From positions 1 through 37,561 of the forward strand of contig JAZSBZ010000066.1 in NCBI GenBank assembly GCA_045602645.1: 37,561 bases of DNA. The letters are read 5' to 3'. Both the position numbers and the translations under genes were made by a program. The notes below the pieces were generated by a model. It had not been told where the DNA came from. It did no database searches and saw only the letters and a program-made list of their open reading frames with translations. Source of the stretch: Candidatus Scatovivens sp. GTDB lineage: Bacteria; Bacillota; Clostridia; TANB77; CAG-508. Positions 36,660 through 37,561 of this stretch are shown here, piece after piece. Numbering within the stretch: position 1 is the stretch's first letter; the number at the start of each line of letters is the position of its first letter.

Positions 36660-37184
36660 ATGTGTAGGACATTAGAGAAAGACATCATGAGGAAAAACAT
36701 TTTCTCACCAGAGGGAAAGTATGGAAATGATTCAAATGAATGGGTGTGTTATGACATCGTTAATTGCTATTCATATGCAATTGGACTATTGTATGACATA
36801 GAACATTTGAATCCGGGTGAAATTTCTGGAAAAAGACGTAGAAGGCAATACACCGATGAAGAATTACTTGAAAATGTAAAAAGCGACATGCAAGTCTTAG
36901 GAATTACTATGAGAGAATCTACACTTGAAGAAGTTGTTGATGAAAGAAACGCATGGAAGATAGCAGTTATGAATACAGGAGTAATGAATGATGTCACAAG
37001 ATATGACTATCATTTTTTGAAACAATGTTCTAACGGTAGATGGTATCAAAAAATTCCTTACGACCAATTCCCAACTGAATACGATTCACGAAGTAGGATA
37101 ATAACAAATCCTGAGGATGCAAAATATCCGTATAACTACCATTTAGTTGGATACTTCGTCATCTGTAAAGTTGAACAAATTTGA
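36660..37184 (+). CDS. Putative papain-like (Cys-His) enzyme
   Basis: NCYSYA, PG, DYHF...NGRWYQK motifs; GGAGTG RBS before ATG 36660 (36651 or 36654 are alternatives). Confidence 0.55.
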   Translation: MCRTLEKDIMRKNIFSPEGKYGNDSNEWVCYDIVNCYSYAIGLLYDIEHLNPGEISGKRRRRQYTDEELLENVKSDMQVLGITMRESTLEEVVDERNAWKIAVMNTGVMNDVTRYDYHFLKQCSNGRWYQKIPYDQFPTEYDSRSRIITNPEDAKYPYNYHLVGYFVICKVEQI

Positions 37185-37233
37185 GCCGGTTGGCTCTTTT
37201 TTGTTGTCTAAAAATATCTATGTGTAAAGCAAA

Positions 37234-37354
37234 AGAAATATCACCTCTGCTTGTTAGTAGCTAACAAGCAGAGGGTGACATTTCTATAAATTAATTTCAT
37301 ATCCTAGGGGTGACATTTCTATAAAAAAATTTTATCACTTTATGGGGTGACATT
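37234..37354. repeat. Inverted repeat plus three GGGTGACATT direct repeats
   Basis: Direct copies at 37273, 37308 and 37345. An inverted copy AGAAATATCACC at 37234 forms a long hairpin with the first. Confidence 0.8.
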
Positions 37355-37470
37355 ATCACAAGTTAATAACAGTTTTCTACCCTTAAAAGTTGACATAAGA
37401 CGAAAAAGCGTGTATAATAACACTTGTGCATTTTTTAAAATGCAAATAATTTAATAAGGAGATTTACTAC

Positions 37471-37561
37471 ATGAAAGAAAAAGACATCACTCGGAATGAA
37501 GAGGTAGAAGTAGACGTTAACGTTGATGACTATCTCGCAGCAAAGGGAATCCTGGAAACTA
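37471..37561 (+). CDS. 5' part of a CDS truncated by the window end
   Basis: TTGACA/TATAAT promoter, AAGGAG RBS, MKEKDITRNEEVEVDVNVDDYLAAKGILET open to the edge. Confidence 0.65.
   Translation, partial: MKEKDITRNEEVEVDVNVDDYLAAKGILET

Noticed and set aside
37273-37354. CRISPR array
   Set aside because: Only three short repeats with AT-rich spacers under 20-27 nt, and no cas genes.

Overview
AT-rich Firmicute (Clostridia-like) chromosomal region made mostly of one- to three-gene transcription units with sigma-A promoters and intrinsic terminators. Recognisable genes: an OmpR/HAMP two-component pair, trxA plus a 59-aa ferredoxin-thioredoxin-reductase-like gene missing from the ORF track, a lone trpB, a stand-alone Spo0A C-terminal-like protein, an XRE regulator, an integrase-less sigma-r4/JAB-DUF3846/MobV module, NUDIX, a VbhA/Fic pair, an AAA-DUF4143 ATPase, YqeG-PlsC-DAG kinase, GNAT, an HExxH protease, transaldolase, a divergent Adk, DtxR-like regulator-sufC-sufBD, an SH3 protein, glycogen phosphorylase, MalQ, a C39 peptidase and a PIN protein. 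The most interesting signals are small or non-coding. (1) A ribosome-mediated Trp attenuator and a second Trp uORF lie ahead of trpB. (2) A six-site GTTG-N9-CAAC operator regulon links the XRE gene, the Spo0A_C-like gene and a structured ~180-nt leader followed by a 22-aa repeat peptide. (3) Two covarying yybP-ykoY (Mn2+) riboswitch cassettes drive soluble orphan proteins. (4) A DtxR-fold regulator has lost its metal ligands and gained a Cys tail. (5) A 32-bp-phased repeat array precedes the AAA ATPase. (6) Two very different codon-usage classes alternate gene by gene. All family calls come from motif recognition by eye; no searches were run.
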